From the NCBI RefSeq assembly GCF_036321535.1, contig NC_087437.1, positions 85,562,001 through 85,626,000 of the forward strand: a DNA stretch of 64,000 nucleotides, in the 5' to 3' direction. The number at the start of each line of letters is the position of its first letter. Position 1 is the first letter of the stretch. The notes beneath the pieces were generated by a model, which had not been told where the DNA came from, made no database searches, and saw nothing but the letters and a program-made list of their open reading frames with translations. A program made the position numbers and the translations under genes. Source of the stretch: Camelus dromedarius (Eukaryota). Shown here piece after piece: positions 38,810-52,005 of this stretch.

Positions 38810-38935
38810 AACTAAACTATAAATTCCATGAGAGCAAGATTTTTTTTCTATTTTATTCATCATTATATTTCCAGTGCCTGGAACAGTAACCTGGCACATT
38901 GTATCTGTTTTATAAATATTTGCTTGAATGGATGA
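38810..38935 (+). mobile_element. L2 3' terminus
   Basis: taaattccatgagagcaag...ccagtgcctggaacagtaacctggcacat...taaatatttgcttgaatg. Confidence 0.85.
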
Positions 38936-40916
38936 TTATTATACCAACTTTTCTGCATATACTATTTTAGAGAATTTTTCAAATCAAAACAGAGATAAAC
39001 CTACTTTACTTTAATGTCTAGTGAAAATTCTAATGTTTAATTAATTCTGTTTATAGGTAACATAAACATCTTTTCAAATTGAAATGCTATTAATTGGTAT
39101 CACATTAACTGTTACCTGGAATTTTGCTAAGAATCTTCCATTTTCAAATAAATTTAAGAATGAACAATAAACGTGCTTTAGTACCAAATGATTATGAATT
39201 CTGAGGATCCATGTATAGAATATGTAGTCCTTGATTAATCTATGAAAACTATATCTGACAATATGACCAATATATATCCTCATTACATTACTTCATGGCG
39301 ACTGGGAACAACTGTTAAAGTTTCATATACACAAAAATCTTTCATGAGTCGTTCCATATCTACAGAAACTTAAGGGTAACATGTTGTCCTGCATATAAGA
39401 ACGGAGCTCAGCAGCTACAAGCCAACAGCAATGTTTGCCACCAGTACTATTTTAAAATGTGGAGCGAATTGATTTTTTGTTTGTTTGTTTGTTTATTAGT
39501 TTTAATTAGAAGATGCTTTCAGAATAATGTTTGCAAGTATCATCTACATGAGGGAATTTTATAAGTGTTAGCACCTGCTCATATTTTATTTCCTTTACTA
39601 CAATAACTAATAGATAAGTTAGAGTCCAATATTTTACTTAAATATTGTACTTTGCAGGCTATTGCCAGTATTTTCTATTACGTATGAGCTTTTCCCTTTG
39701 CCAGACCCCAAGTTCTTTACCCTCACCCCAGTCTGCCCAGACATATTATTTTCCAGTGATTTGTAAAGTGCAGCAGTCGTATTAATAATAACGCTGTCTT
39801 ATTATCATCATTTGATGATAAGCCTGATGACCCTCAAAAAGACTCACATGTAGGAAGAGCAGGACTGAAGCATGAAATTGTCATCTCTGTCCTAATTCAA
39901 GCTCTTCGCTTTCTCTAGGGATCTGTAGTCATAGTTTATTAACTACAGCAAGAGATTGCAGGTGGAAAAATCAGAGTATATGATCAATGCAAAAATTCAA
40001 AAGAGTTCAATTATGTTTCTATTCTATGCATGAACCACCTATATGAGGTACAATTTTTTTTATTAGGTCCCTTTTCACTTATTTTCCATTGTCCAAGTTG
40101 TTATTCAAAATGTGAATAAAATCTTTAAACCCTATTTGCTAGATATCTAAATAACTCTGTAGACAAATCCTACATATTTTTTCAGCCATGAAACTCAAAA
40201 TAGTTGTGCTGTAATTAGTAGTTGTATTATGATTTATGGTTCTGAGGAAACAATATGCTTATAAATTTTAATACTGTAAAAGTTATAAGGAATAATGATG
40301 ATAAAAAATATTTTGAAAGATTCTTGTTCAGGAGCAAAACCTTAAGAAAACTCTACATTATAAAAAATGATATTAAATCAGCCTAACATTATATAAATTT
40401 CTCAAAAGCAAAGTATTTGTGATTTATTAGTATCCTATCAAAGCAGTATAAAAATAAATGGCACATAAAACTAAGTGTATTTTTCTAGTATTATTTGATT
40501 GCATAGTAATCAGGAAAATCATTCTTATGGCTTCCTTTTACAATAAAAACACTTTAATCTCCACATGACCACATAAGACTTTAGTTCCTTTTTCAGAAAG
40601 CACTTATACAATATCAGAAGATTATAAGTGAATTATGGTCAAGTAATAAAGACTACATTTTAATGCACGTAAGAAAAAAATATTTATCAACATCATTCTG
40701 CATTTCCATTTATAAAAGGAAAGAAAATTGGAACTCATCTCTTTTAAAACCCCTAAGGTTGCAAAACACTTGTTCAATCTAGTTTTGATTTAGTACATAA
40801 TTTGGCATTGATTCAAATTTAATCATATGCATCTAGTTTTTCTATTAAGGTTGAATTTTCTATTAATATTTACTGATTTGCAAAATGACAAGAATTATTG
40901 GAAGATGTCTCGATCT

Positions 40917-41414
40917 TGGTCATAGATATTTCAAAAATGGCTTCCGTTATCCCCCTCTTTTTATCACCCTTTGCAATTGTACTTTGCAGTTCTTCTCACC
41001 AAGTGGGAGTTTGTATTACTCCGTGCCTTGCATGAGGACTAGGCTTGTGCCTGCTGTGGACAATGCAATGCAGCAGAGGTGACGAAGTACCAGTTCTGAG
41101 TGTAGGCATATTGTTCTATTCTCTTCCTCAGAATCCTGGTGCCACCATGTGAGTGAACTCTAGAGAAACTATTGGAGGAAGACATACAGCTCAGTCACCC
41201 CATCACTCCAGCTGACTGCCAGCTGATCACCAAAATATAAAGGAGGCCATATTAGACCATGTTCTGCCAAATGGCTATAAATGCCATGGATGAGTTTAAT
41301 GGAAATTAGCTGAGGCCAGCTCAGATCTGAGGAACTGCCTAACTGATTGACAGACTTGTTTGAAAGCATTAAATTTGGAAGTGATCCATTATATAGCAAA
41401 AGAAAACTGATACA
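40917..41414 (+). mobile_element. MaLR solo LTR (MLT1H-like)
   Basis: caaaaatggc, ccctttgcaa, gaagtaccagttctgag, ccagctgactgccagc; ends tatagcaaaagaaaactgataca. Confidence 0.8.
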
Positions 41415-41712
41415 GCCCCATATGAAGCCTGTGAAATATTTTTCTTGGTATCTCTGCAGTCGAAACAAAATGGGCTATGAATTCCACAATGTGATGAACT
41501 TATTAGAGAGCTGAGAAAGCAGGCATAAATGGATTTCAGAAATGTAAAAGTTACCATTTATTTGGGACCCCCCCAAATTTTGGTACCTTGAATTGTGAAA
41601 CTAAAAGCTAAAGGATATGTGATACTTCTTTTATTTTTCAAGGGATATGGACAAAACAGTAATACATACATAGCCCTGTAGCACAAGAGTTTACGTGAAT
41701 GTATATATTTTA

Positions 41713-41735
41713 TGTGTGTGTGTGTGTGTGTGTGT
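41713..41735. repeat. (TG)11 microsatellite
   Basis: Directly visible. Confidence 0.95.
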
Positions 41736-42494
41736 ATCTTAATCTCCATGTAAGGATAGGGTATTGTAAGTTTTCTGTAGCACTTGGTTCAGATTTCTGT
41801 TCCATACATGAATACTGCAAGCATCAGCCAACTCTAATCATAGAAGAAAACAAGCTCTGAATAGAAGAGTTCCTGAGTCACACAACTCTTGGGTCAAAAA
41901 TAATTTCAAGATACTTATGTGTTCAATAAGAATATTTTGAAGAAGTATCCAAAAATGTTAATGCCTCTGTCTTGCTTACTAAATACATGCTCATGAAATC
42001 AATGAACCTAAAGATGCTACAGACCGTTCCTCTAAAAAGACGTCTATTTTAATAATTCATAATCTTAGAGGACAGTCATTATTCAGAGAGGTACTCTACA
42101 GCATCCAGGGGCTTAACACGAACTGTGATTAATTTGATTCTGATCAAACACTGTGGGACCAAGATTTCAATGTGAATTTTTAAATTAGCTTGCTTTCTCA
42201 CTATGCCTAAAATCAGACATCAACTTTAGACATTAAAATTTTGAAATAAAATGTAAGACAAAGGGTTAAGTTTTGAATCAGAAATTACACTTTTTAGTAT
42301 CAATTTACTTTAAACTTATTAAATCTGGGGGGTGGTTCTCTTTGCTTTGCAAAAAGGCTAGTATGACAGAAATAAAAAAAAACAGCATGAAAATTCAGGA
42401 GGAATTTTTTTAAGGAAATAATGGCAAATCATCATATAAAAACATTCTTAAGAAAAGTCAAACCCATTATGTTCCTATGCTCTACTACAAGGAA

Positions 42495-43190
42495 AAAAAT
42501 ACAAATTAAAGTAACAGACTTAACTTTCCCTGTTGAAAATAAGGGAAAAGATTTCCCTCCCCACCCTCTCCCATCCCATGCTTTTTCTTTGAGCAATTAC
42601 TGGAGAAAACTTGTAAGTGCTTTCTCTCTGTTTGAAATGTATATAAACCCTTTTGAAGACTAGATTGCCCTTTTGTCAGTTTTATGACCCAGGAACATCT
42701 ATCTCAAGGGCCTGGGAATATATCTTTGAAATGCGAACTTGAAGAGAGAAATTTCTCCCCATTTCTGTGGAAGAGCAGGAGCCTAACTTCAGTGCACAGC
42801 CTTGCCCTAGGTTGCAAAACTTTCTCCAGTCACAAAGATGTGAGAAGAGATAAGAGGCTGTCAATTAACTAACACAGATATTCACCCCCACAGATGATCA
42901 CCCCAATTATCAGATAAAGTCAGGTGAACTTTGTGTGAAAAACAGCTCTATCAAGTCCTCTTACTTGAGGACTAGTTATTGTTTATCTTGAAAACATATT
43001 TTCTAGTTATGAACATGAAAACATATTTTCTAGGGTATGAACTTCTTTTCTGTCTTTGCAACCTCTGAGCTGGTTGCCTGTTACAGGCATCAAATACTGG
43101 TTTCATGCTTCTTCAAAAATAAGTGTTCTCTTTCTCTACTACTATGTAGAAAGGGTTTCTAGGGTGGGAAAGAATATTTTGTCTTTTCAG
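42495..43190 (+). mobile_element. Old ERV1-type LTR (MER89/MER90/MER110-like)
   Basis: ttccctgttgaaaataaggg, atgacccaggaa, ctttgaaatg, ggagcctaacttc, aagtcctcttacttgaggactagt; 27-bp-period internal duplication at 42989-43033. Confidence 0.65.
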
Positions 43191-45226
43191 TTGTAAATTC
43201 CCAATACTACTTCTTCCACTAAGTTCAGTTCTTCAGCAACCTTGCAGACTACTTGATGACTGGAGGTGAGAAGGATGTTGGAGCATGGGAGAGGGGATAT
43301 GGACAGGTGAAAAAATAATAGCTTCATAGAAATTATGTTTGGGGTACTCAAGAGGGAAATTCTCTGTAGAGGAGGCACCAGAAAATTAAAACAAAGATTC
43401 CTAACACATAGTGTACTAGTGTACTTTGGAAAAAATTTAAATTGTGACACTTATGTTATAGTATTTTATGTTTAACACAGTTACAGTATTAAATTTTTAT
43501 TATGCATACCCTTATGTTTGTGGGAGGAAAAAACTGCCAAACCTGCAGTTATCAGCAGCACTTACTAAAGTATCAATTTTACAAGCTAAAGATCATTGTT
43601 TTCATCTCACTTCTCTCTCCTAATTGTTTCACTTCCCACCCCTTAAAAATAAACCTCAATTTAGGAATATCTTATAAGCATATTATGGGAGTTCTAAGAT
43701 AAAATAAGCTTTCATCCTATGTTTAAATTCACTTAAAATATTTTATCATAGATTATCACAGATATTCAAAACACTATGCATGTGTCTTCGTGTGTGTGTC
43801 TGGGTGCTAATTATAGACAAATGATTTTAGAATATAACAGGTAAATATGAAGTATAGCAGGGTTCAAGCCAGAAAATAAATCTTAGTGATTCCTAATTGT
43901 GTTTCTCTTCATATACTGATCCTTCTCCAATGGGATGACTGAAGACACTTGGATTTTCATCTTAAATTCACCATGCTTTTTCCACCAATAAATTTTTGAG
44001 ATATTCTGAAGTATCATTGCCATGAAGAAGCTGGTCTCATCCATAATCATGTAGAAGTACATGCTTTTCTAATAATTCTTACAATTTCCGTATTTTATTT
44101 TAAATGGTTCTTACTATCTTAATTGATGGCTCACTCTTCTCTGCAGCACACAAAAAAGGTATCCTCCAGCTATAGGCTCTTTACCTTCCATGGTTCTTTG
44201 AGAATACCAAGGGTTCACTAAGATGAAACAATTATTTTAAGGATTAAAAATCTTTCTGTTACTGTAATTAGATTTTGGATTAAACTAAATTAGCAACATA
44301 TCTGTTCTTGAATTCTACTTCAGGTTATTGCAAATGGAGGAGATATAAGGATTACTTTCTCACATTGGTCAGAAAGATAAAAGGTCGTATTTAAACAAAT
44401 CAATAAAAAGTCATTTTTCCCTGAAAACACTTGTAAGTCATGATAGTCATTATAATCCAAAACAAGCCAGCTACAAATAACACAGAAGGAATTGAAGCAC
44501 TATGGGGTAATATGTAGAAGGAAGCACTTAGCTGAATTCTGTATTTTTATTTGATTATTTCAGTAAAATTTATTACTACTCCCTCAACTTTGTACCATCA
44601 ATCAATCAGGTGCACAATTTACATAGAATGTCCCAGTCATTGTATCTGTCCTCACTTCAAGATCACATTTGAGTCTTTTGAAACATTTGTTTTAACTGAA
44701 AAATCATAGTAGAACAGCTTAAGTGATTTCTTTTGTGAATACAAATGTTCAGATAAAACAGTCACAGTACCAAATTTCAAGCCATAAAATCTTGAACATT
44801 GGTAGGAAATATTTTGAATGTTTTTTGTCCATTAAAGTATATGTTCTAGGTAGTTTTAAGGACGAACTTATTCTGAGTAATTTATTATATAATAAAAATT
44901 ATAATAACAAGGGTACCACCAAATATCTATGACAAAATAAATTAACATTTAAGTATGCTGGAACTATAAAATTAAAACATCTATATTTACATGTAACTTA
45001 TTTGTAATGGAATAGTATTAATTCTCTTTAACATCAGATATTAACACCAAAATCTTCTTGAAAGTTTGGACTAAGCATTATCTACAAGGCCTAATCTCCT
45101 CTTTTTGTCAAATACATACTTTACGCAGAAGATCAAAATGTGGGAAATAAGTCAGGAATGGGATAGGATTTTGTCCAGGCTCACAACTGCAAGACAAGTC
45201 TCCTTGATGGAAACAAAAGCTACTAA

Positions 45227-45262
45227 CTAAATCTCAAACCAATACCTAAATCTCAAACCAAT
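45227..45262. repeat. 17-bp perfect direct repeat ctaaatctcaaaccaat (period 19)
   Basis: Copies at 45227-45243 and 45246-45262. Confidence 0.9.
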
Positions 45263-46380
45263 GGAACATATGTATACACACACACATAGCAAATCCCCTG
45301 ATTTTATCATGAGGATATATAAAATCAAGTGACCCACGTCTGACTTTTTTTTAAACCTGTTTATGGTAAATTGTTGTAGCTGAAACAACAAAAGGCATAT
45401 TATGTGTTCACCTCTAGAATCCCAGATTCACAGAGCAGTTTGTTTTCTTGATTTCTCACATTTCAAAGACTTCATTACATCAGAATAAGAAGATTGATTG
45501 TATCATTGAATTAAGATCTAGAGGGCTGAAACTTAAGCTTTCAATGAAAATTGTTAGAAGATTAAAATGGAGCTGTAGAATTAAAGCTTGCATTCATCCA
45601 AATAAAATCAAAATAATGAAATTACTTCACTTTACAAAGAAATGATATTGAAAGGCATAAGATTAAATTAATGTATCAAAAACTAAAATTTGGTTTGTAT
45701 GGTCCAGGGAAGGCCATTGATCAAGCTGAAGAAAACAATATCTCAAATTATTTGTTAGAGAAAAATACTACAACAAATATTCTCTAAAAAATAATTCACT
45801 CAAATTTCATTTGACCAACTAAAGAGCCTATATGCCAATGGTAGGGTGCTATGGAAGCTTTCATGTTGGAAGAGACTACACATCTGACAATAACATTTAA
45901 AAATATGTACACCTTCAGTATATTTCAGGCTTCATTTCCTATATTTAGTAAGTACACTACATCAAGGTGTCCCGCAAATAAACTTGAGTAAGCAATATTA
46001 TATTAATACTTTCAAATTGAAACACTAAGAAAAGGGGTGGACAGCAATAACTGACAAGGTAAAACCATGAATGATACTGTGTGTAAGCTTGAATGAGATG
46101 TGGCTATGAAACAAAAGGCTCATTTTTTCCCCTATAGACCACTATATGGTTTGAAAACTATTATGAAAAAGGAATTCCTTCCTCTCAAAATAAATAAATA
46201 ATAACCCTTCCAGTTACTGTAAAATAATCAGTTATGATTGACTCGGTCATTTCTTCACTGTGTTAACATTTAAAACATTATTTTATATGCTGGAATCTTA
46301 TTTTCTTGGCAGTAAAGTAAATATTATTGGACTAAATTTTGGTGTTCCATAGTAGTAATGATGGATGGTAATGTTGTTTA

Positions 46381-46471
46381 AAGAAAGAAAGAGAGGAAGG
46401 GAGAGAGGGGGCAGGAGGAAGGAAGGAAGGAAGGAAGGGAGGAAGGGAGGAAGGAAGGAAGGAAGGAAGGG
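46381..46471. repeat. (GGAA)n / purine-rich tract
   Basis: Directly visible. Confidence 0.95.
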
Positions 46472-46593
46472 TCATATTACCTTAAGGTGCAAAAAATGAA
46501 TACCCAGAAAAGACATATTTTTAATAATTAACTTCTTAAAATAATACCAGCACATTTAGTTATTTCCAAAATGCAATTCTATAGTATTTGTCC

Positions 46594-46624
<31 letters not shown>
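46594..46624. repeat. (TA)n microsatellite
   Basis: Directly visible. Confidence 0.95.
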
Positions 46625-46822
46625 AAATCAATGAGCAGATGAAAAATTTCAATTTGGTTAAAATCTAGGTTGATTAGTTGACATTATCAAAAAAAAAATT
46701 CTTATCTCAGAGTAATAAATTCTGGCAAATAGATAAAATTAGAAGAGTTTTTAAATCAAATTTTTTTTCCAGGCTGCATTTAATGTCTGAAAGCTCTCTC
46801 CCTGAATCACTTTTTCATAAAT

Positions 46823-46867
46823 AAATGTCAGTGTAGAAATAAGTGTAACAGAAAATGTCAGTGTAGA
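46823..46867. repeat. 15-bp direct repeat aaatgtcagtgtaga (period 30)
   Basis: Copies at 46823-46837 and 46853-46867. Confidence 0.85.
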
Positions 46868-48039
46868 GATGGATATATTTTTTACAAATGGGGCTCCATT
46901 ATTTCCCTCTTCCAGCACAAAGTATCAGTGGTTAACTGTAACATGCCTTGCCTTTTATTTTATTTAATTGCACTGTATCTTTAGGCTTTATATTTTCACT
47001 ATCATGTGTCTGTAGGAAAAAGTCTTAAATTATTAGAAAATCAGGTTTCCTCCTTGGCCCTATTTTTTTCTTGCATTTTATTTATTAATTCACAGCTTTC
47101 CTTTTCCTGTGATTTGTATTCAGAACAGAACTGAAGACCTCTCATTTTGTTAGGAACAGGGATTTTCCATCACATTACCTCTATATTTAGAGAATTCCAT
47201 TGAGTCCCAAAAAAGCAGAGAATTGATTTTTGAGATCTTGATTTTAACTCTCTGGATTTATAAAACATCAATTTATCATTTATTTTTTATTTTATTTTTT
47301 TCCCTTACTTCTTTGCCAAAACTTCATAACCTACTCTCCGAAAAGCTTTTGTCTACACTACACTGTATTTCCTGTGGCACTATAGGACCTTTGGCCACAA
47401 GCATTTGTAGTATTAATTCTTCTTCTTTAATCACATATTTCAAATAATACCGAGCCATCTACATTCTGTTTGCCCCCTTTAGACACATCCTATCCCCTTT
47501 GGAAGCAATAAGAGTTGAGAAGAACAGTCGGTGAAGCAGATTGCGACGCATACAAGCTAGTTTACGGGGGGTCAATACCAGCAGCATGGCTCAGTTTTAT
47601 CCCAATTCTGTGATTCTTCCTATGAAGCAATGGCCATCACTTAGAATAGGTGAGGTGACACAGATGGATAAGCCATGTAGTGTATTTACAGTCGTGGACC
47701 AGTTTTGTAGGGGATACGAGTGTGCAGAAATTAAAACTCAGTATTTTAAGTTTTATTTTTCATTCCAAGAAAACTGCTTTCCACTAAAAAAGCAATCTCA
47801 TTCTTCGTTACTTTAGCCTTTATTTTAACCACCCTCAAGTTCTTTCCCAGGCCCTCTTTGCAGATGAAGTTAGCTATGGATGCTCTTTAATATTTACTTC
47901 TTTTTTATGAGGTTTTTCTAGTTATTATTTAATTATGGCATGAAATGTGTAATCAGTAATCAGGAATAGATGATAAGTGGTTTTGTCTTTGCTTCTTTGT
48001 TCTACCACCCAAAGTGTTTCTGCTTTATCCTGGTTTTAT

Positions 48040-48672
48040 GGAGACAGGAAGGGGGCAGGGCGCAGCCATTCAAGGAATGCTACAGCAATTAACATCAAAA
48101 TGGTGAAAGATTCAACCCCCAGTTGGCCTTGAGACTCAAGATGGTGGGAGATTTGACTTCTAGCAGATCTGGAGCTTCATTATACACCCATTGTAATACG
48201 TCAGTATGGTGAATAACATGCCCACAGGCACCATGACAGTCCCAGGGCTAGCCACAGAAGGTCAGAGAATACAAAAGGAGCCAACTGCCTGGGATTCCCT
48301 GCCCCTTCCCCAGGCTAGTTAGACTGTTCCTTCCACTTAATAGCATATGAAGCCACTGAGCCCATAATAACTGGCAACATGGTGCCTCGGGGCCACCACT
48401 GCCTCTCCCTCTTCGGAGATGGCCCACACTCTGTCTATGGAGTGTGTACCTACTTTTAATCTGAGCACCCAACTCCCACACCTCATGGCCTTTCTCTTGC
48501 CTTTCAATGTATCTCTCTGAATAAACCTACCTTTACTCAACTGCGGCTCGCACTTGAATTCTTTCCTACACGATGCCAAGGACCCACACTTGGCGGGGCA
48601 CGTCCCAGAGACTCAGTTGAAGCCTGGGACGCACAGCCCTTCTCACACCCCACATCCATTTTTCTTGCATCA
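48040..48672 (+). mobile_element. ERV1-type solo LTR, MER41-like, copy 2
   Basis: Aligns end to end with 25325-25940; TSD TTAT (48036-48039, 48673-48676); first base is G instead of T; AATAAA at 48520. Confidence 0.9.
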
Positions 48673-49149
48673 TTATGGTAACAAAAAAAGTTAATATTAC
48701 CCAGCCCCTCTCCTTTCTTTATGACCAGGGTAATTTTAGCATGTCACATGTAAGTGTTTATTTTTCTAGGCATATATCCCTACTTCTTGTTTCAAAAGCA
48801 ATTATGGTATTATTCTACATTAATTTTGCTACCTATCACTTAAGACACAAATAAGTGAATTGGTAAATCAGACTAATATACAAAGCAAACATCCTGCTTT
48901 GCATCAAGCTTTACTAATAATTGGCTGTGTACAGGCAATCAGTAGGCTCAGAAGACGTAGAGAGCAATCTGGAACATCAAGGGCAGCTTCCCCAGGTCCT
49001 ACAGAAATGTGCTCTCTATCCCAGAATAATAGCTGAGTTCTCCAGGGGAGGTTATAGCAGGAGGAGTGTTTGAGTTTTCAAACACGTCCAGCTTGTTCCC
49101 CAAGAGTGTCATACAGTTTCTGTTAGCTTCTCCAGGGAGCTTTGACTCA

Positions 49150-49870
49150 TGATCCATAGACCCTGGGTTCTCTTTACTAGAGGCAATCCTTAACTGGAGA
49201 CATTCTGCTAATGGCATTTCAAACACAAAGTTTCTTCCTCCTAACAAATATCACTTGTCTTTTAACCTAAACACCAGGTGACAACATGATTAGATCTAGT
49301 CATCTACCTTCTTTTCTTCCTTCCCAAGGCACCCTAGGTAAAGAAAATGAATACCTCTTTTGCCAGAACTATAATTCTGATTCAAATACCACAGATTTGC
49401 CAGCACAAATTTGCATGACCCTGTGATACACAGAGAACATGCAGCTCAGGTTTGTCAGTTGTCCTTCCTTGCAGTGATCCAGCCTCCATCTCTCTCTGGT
49501 TGTATCCCCTGCCACATCCTTCCTCATGGTGCAGCCTCCTGAAAACCAGACCACCTCCCCTCTGCCTACACAGAGCAGTTCCTATGCAGCAACAATGTTA
49601 CATTGTCTCCATGCCTTTGGCCTGGCTCCTTGCTCTGACAAGAGCACCTTCAACCAGTTTTCCATGACCCACTGATTCCAGGTTTTCCGTGAAGATTCAA
49701 CACAGGCATCACGTACTCCAGAAAGGCTTCTGTCTGACTCCCAAATGAAAAATGAAGACATTTCCCAGGCTCCTTCCACCCTAGGTCTATCTTTATTGAC
49801 ACATTTACCACTACACTTTGCTAACATTACCTCATGGTGTGCTTTCTTGTCTTAGTATGGCTGCATTCCT
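49150..49870 (+). mobile_element. L2 3' region
   Basis: tctccatgcctttg, ttcaacacaggcatcacgtactccagaaaggcttctgtctgactccc are typical sense L2 3' blocks. Confidence 0.6.
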
Positions 49871-49973
49871 AGGAGCTAATCCACGTTGTCACAACGAACA
49901 TTGCAATTCCATAAATACACAATAGGAAGTTCTAAATTACTAGATAAACCTCTGCTTAATGAAAAGAATCTGC

Positions 49974-50113
49974 TCTTTAAAGTTATATTCAATATCTTTG
50001 ATAAAAAAAGAATATGAAAATGAACATATGTGTGTATATATACTGGGACATTTTGCTGTCCACCAGAAGTTGACATGTTGTAACTGGTTATACTTCAATT
50101 AAAAAAAAAAAAC
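49974..50113 (+). mobile_element. Short L1 3' end, same family as 27251-27406
   Basis: actgggacattttgctgtccaccagaagttgaca...tatacttcaatt plus poly(A); imperfect TSD aaagaatctgc/aaaaaacctgc. Confidence 0.88.
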
Positions 50114-50189
50114 AAAAAACCTGCAAGATACTGGCCATGCAGCAGTTAACAAGAGAGCCAGAACTCTGCTTTCACCTGAGTGCACAGTG

Positions 50190-50377
50190 CAGTGTTTCTC
50201 AGGAAGTTCTCTACCAGTCATCTGTATCAGGACCCCTTGGATGGGCAGGAAACTAACGAAAATGCAGATCTCTAGGCCAACCCAAGGCCAAAAAATTAGA
50301 CCGCTGAGAACAGATCCTAGGAATCTGTACTTTAGTGAGAACTTGAATATACACACAAGAAGTTGGAGAACCTCTGG
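50190..50377. mobile_element. MER5A hAT-Charlie MITE
   Basis: TIRs cagtgtttctca ... ggagaacctctg; aaaatgcagat and cctaggaatctgtacttta cores. Confidence 0.8.
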
Positions 50378-51679
50378 TTTAGTAGAGATCAGATTCCAAG
50401 TATACTTTAGTGAACTAGAGAAAAACTTTAGGTTAAATTTCATTGTATCAAAGCAACTAAGTCATAACAGATATGACTCGTCATTTCTGCAATTATAGAA
50501 TTCCATCAGAGTCACAATAAAAGCAATGTGTGCTGTAAAAGGAAACACACACACACACATATGTTTTCCTGCAAACATCAAGGCTTTAAAATTATAGATA
50601 TTTCTCAATACTTGGTAAATCCTGCCTACTTGTAAAACATAGTTGTTCTTGAAGCTTCTGAACTTCTTTTTTGTTGTTGTTGTTTTAGATATATTACTAT
50701 TATGTCATTAAAATTATTACAATATATACCAACTTGCATTGCTATTAATTATTTTGCATATATATGTATGCCTTTTCTTTCCATGATTGGCTACTTCATG
50801 AAATCAGAGATGGAGTATCTTTTGTAATTGCCATTGCCTATAGCAAATGGGTGAATCAGAGAATAGTACAGCCAGTACAAAAATAAAGGGTAAAGTTACT
50901 TCTACCATTAAATAACAAAATACAATACACAGATGATGAAACATCCAATCTTATTAACTTAAAACAGTGCATTTTGAAATAAGTCAATTTATGTGGGACA
51001 TCGTTTCTATATCCTTATCATATCTTCTTACACCATTATTCAGAAATTGGAAAAGTACATTTGCAGTGGCTTGAGGACATTGTGGTTACATTTGGACAGA
51101 ACTGAACATGAACTCTAGGATTATAGGGAAGATGAACCCCAGCTCTCAGGAAGAGTGAGAGTGTTAATCTGAATTTTTCTCTAAAGTATAGCTGTATTTT
51201 TCAATAGGATATAAGAAGTATGTGTTACCCAAATCAGTAGTTTGTTTTTCAAGAAGCCCTTAAAAAATGTTATTCTTCAAAGAGTTTTTACAGCAACTGT
51301 AATATAATCACAGGGTTGTGCTGTGAGGTTTTCTCAAGTTTCTTCAAAGAGCCCAGTTTTAACTGACCTTCCAGCTGAATGCATGCACCCTTGATATTTC
51401 AAGGTGTTTATTTAGTCTAATATAATAATGAGTGCTTGGTTTCTTCTAGCTGATTCCAAAATTCAGAAAACTAAAGTTCACACATTGCTAAGCAGGAACA
51501 ATATCTATAATTAATAAAATAATTTATATTAACCTGATGTGTATGAAATATTTTAACATGACTTTGCAGTGACAAAATCATTCAGACTATAAAGAAGCTC
51601 AGAATTATAAAAATATTTTATGTTGTTTTATTTGTATTCATCATATGTGTTATACATTTACTTAATTGCAGTGTCTGAA

Positions 51680-52005
51680 TGAGGCATGATAGTGGTAGAA
51701 ATATGAATAATGTACATTTTATATATTCCAGGGAGCTCAGAACTTAATTAAGTGAATTAGAACATGTAATCAATAGTGTTTTAAAGGCAAGAAGAGGTTA
51801 ACCCCAGAATAGAAATTTATGTAAATTATCAGATATAAATTTTGGTAAGCTATTTAATTGTTTTAAGACTTAATTCTCATTAAAAATGGAAATAATAATG
51901 CTAAAATGGAAGCATTGTTTATAAGATTACAAACAACATATCACAGTGCTGTTTGCATTCTATTAATAGGTCCTCAAGATGTAAGAAATATTGTTACTAT
52001 TAATT
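51680..52005 (+). mobile_element. MIR fragments
   Basis: ttggtaagctatttaa...ctcattaaaaatggaaataataat. Confidence 0.5.

Noticed and set aside
45227..46867. Short direct repeats as a CRISPR-like array
   Set aside because: Only two copies each, unrelated units, mammalian context; these are ordinary local duplications.
25325..48672. Full-length provirus bounded by the two similar LTRs
   Set aside because: Each LTR has its own TSD, the spacing is too long, and no internal retroviral genes are visible.
48999..49247. Protein-like 82-aa minus-strand ORF
   Set aside because: No recognisable family, partly overlaps L2-like sequence, and has no clear exon boundaries.
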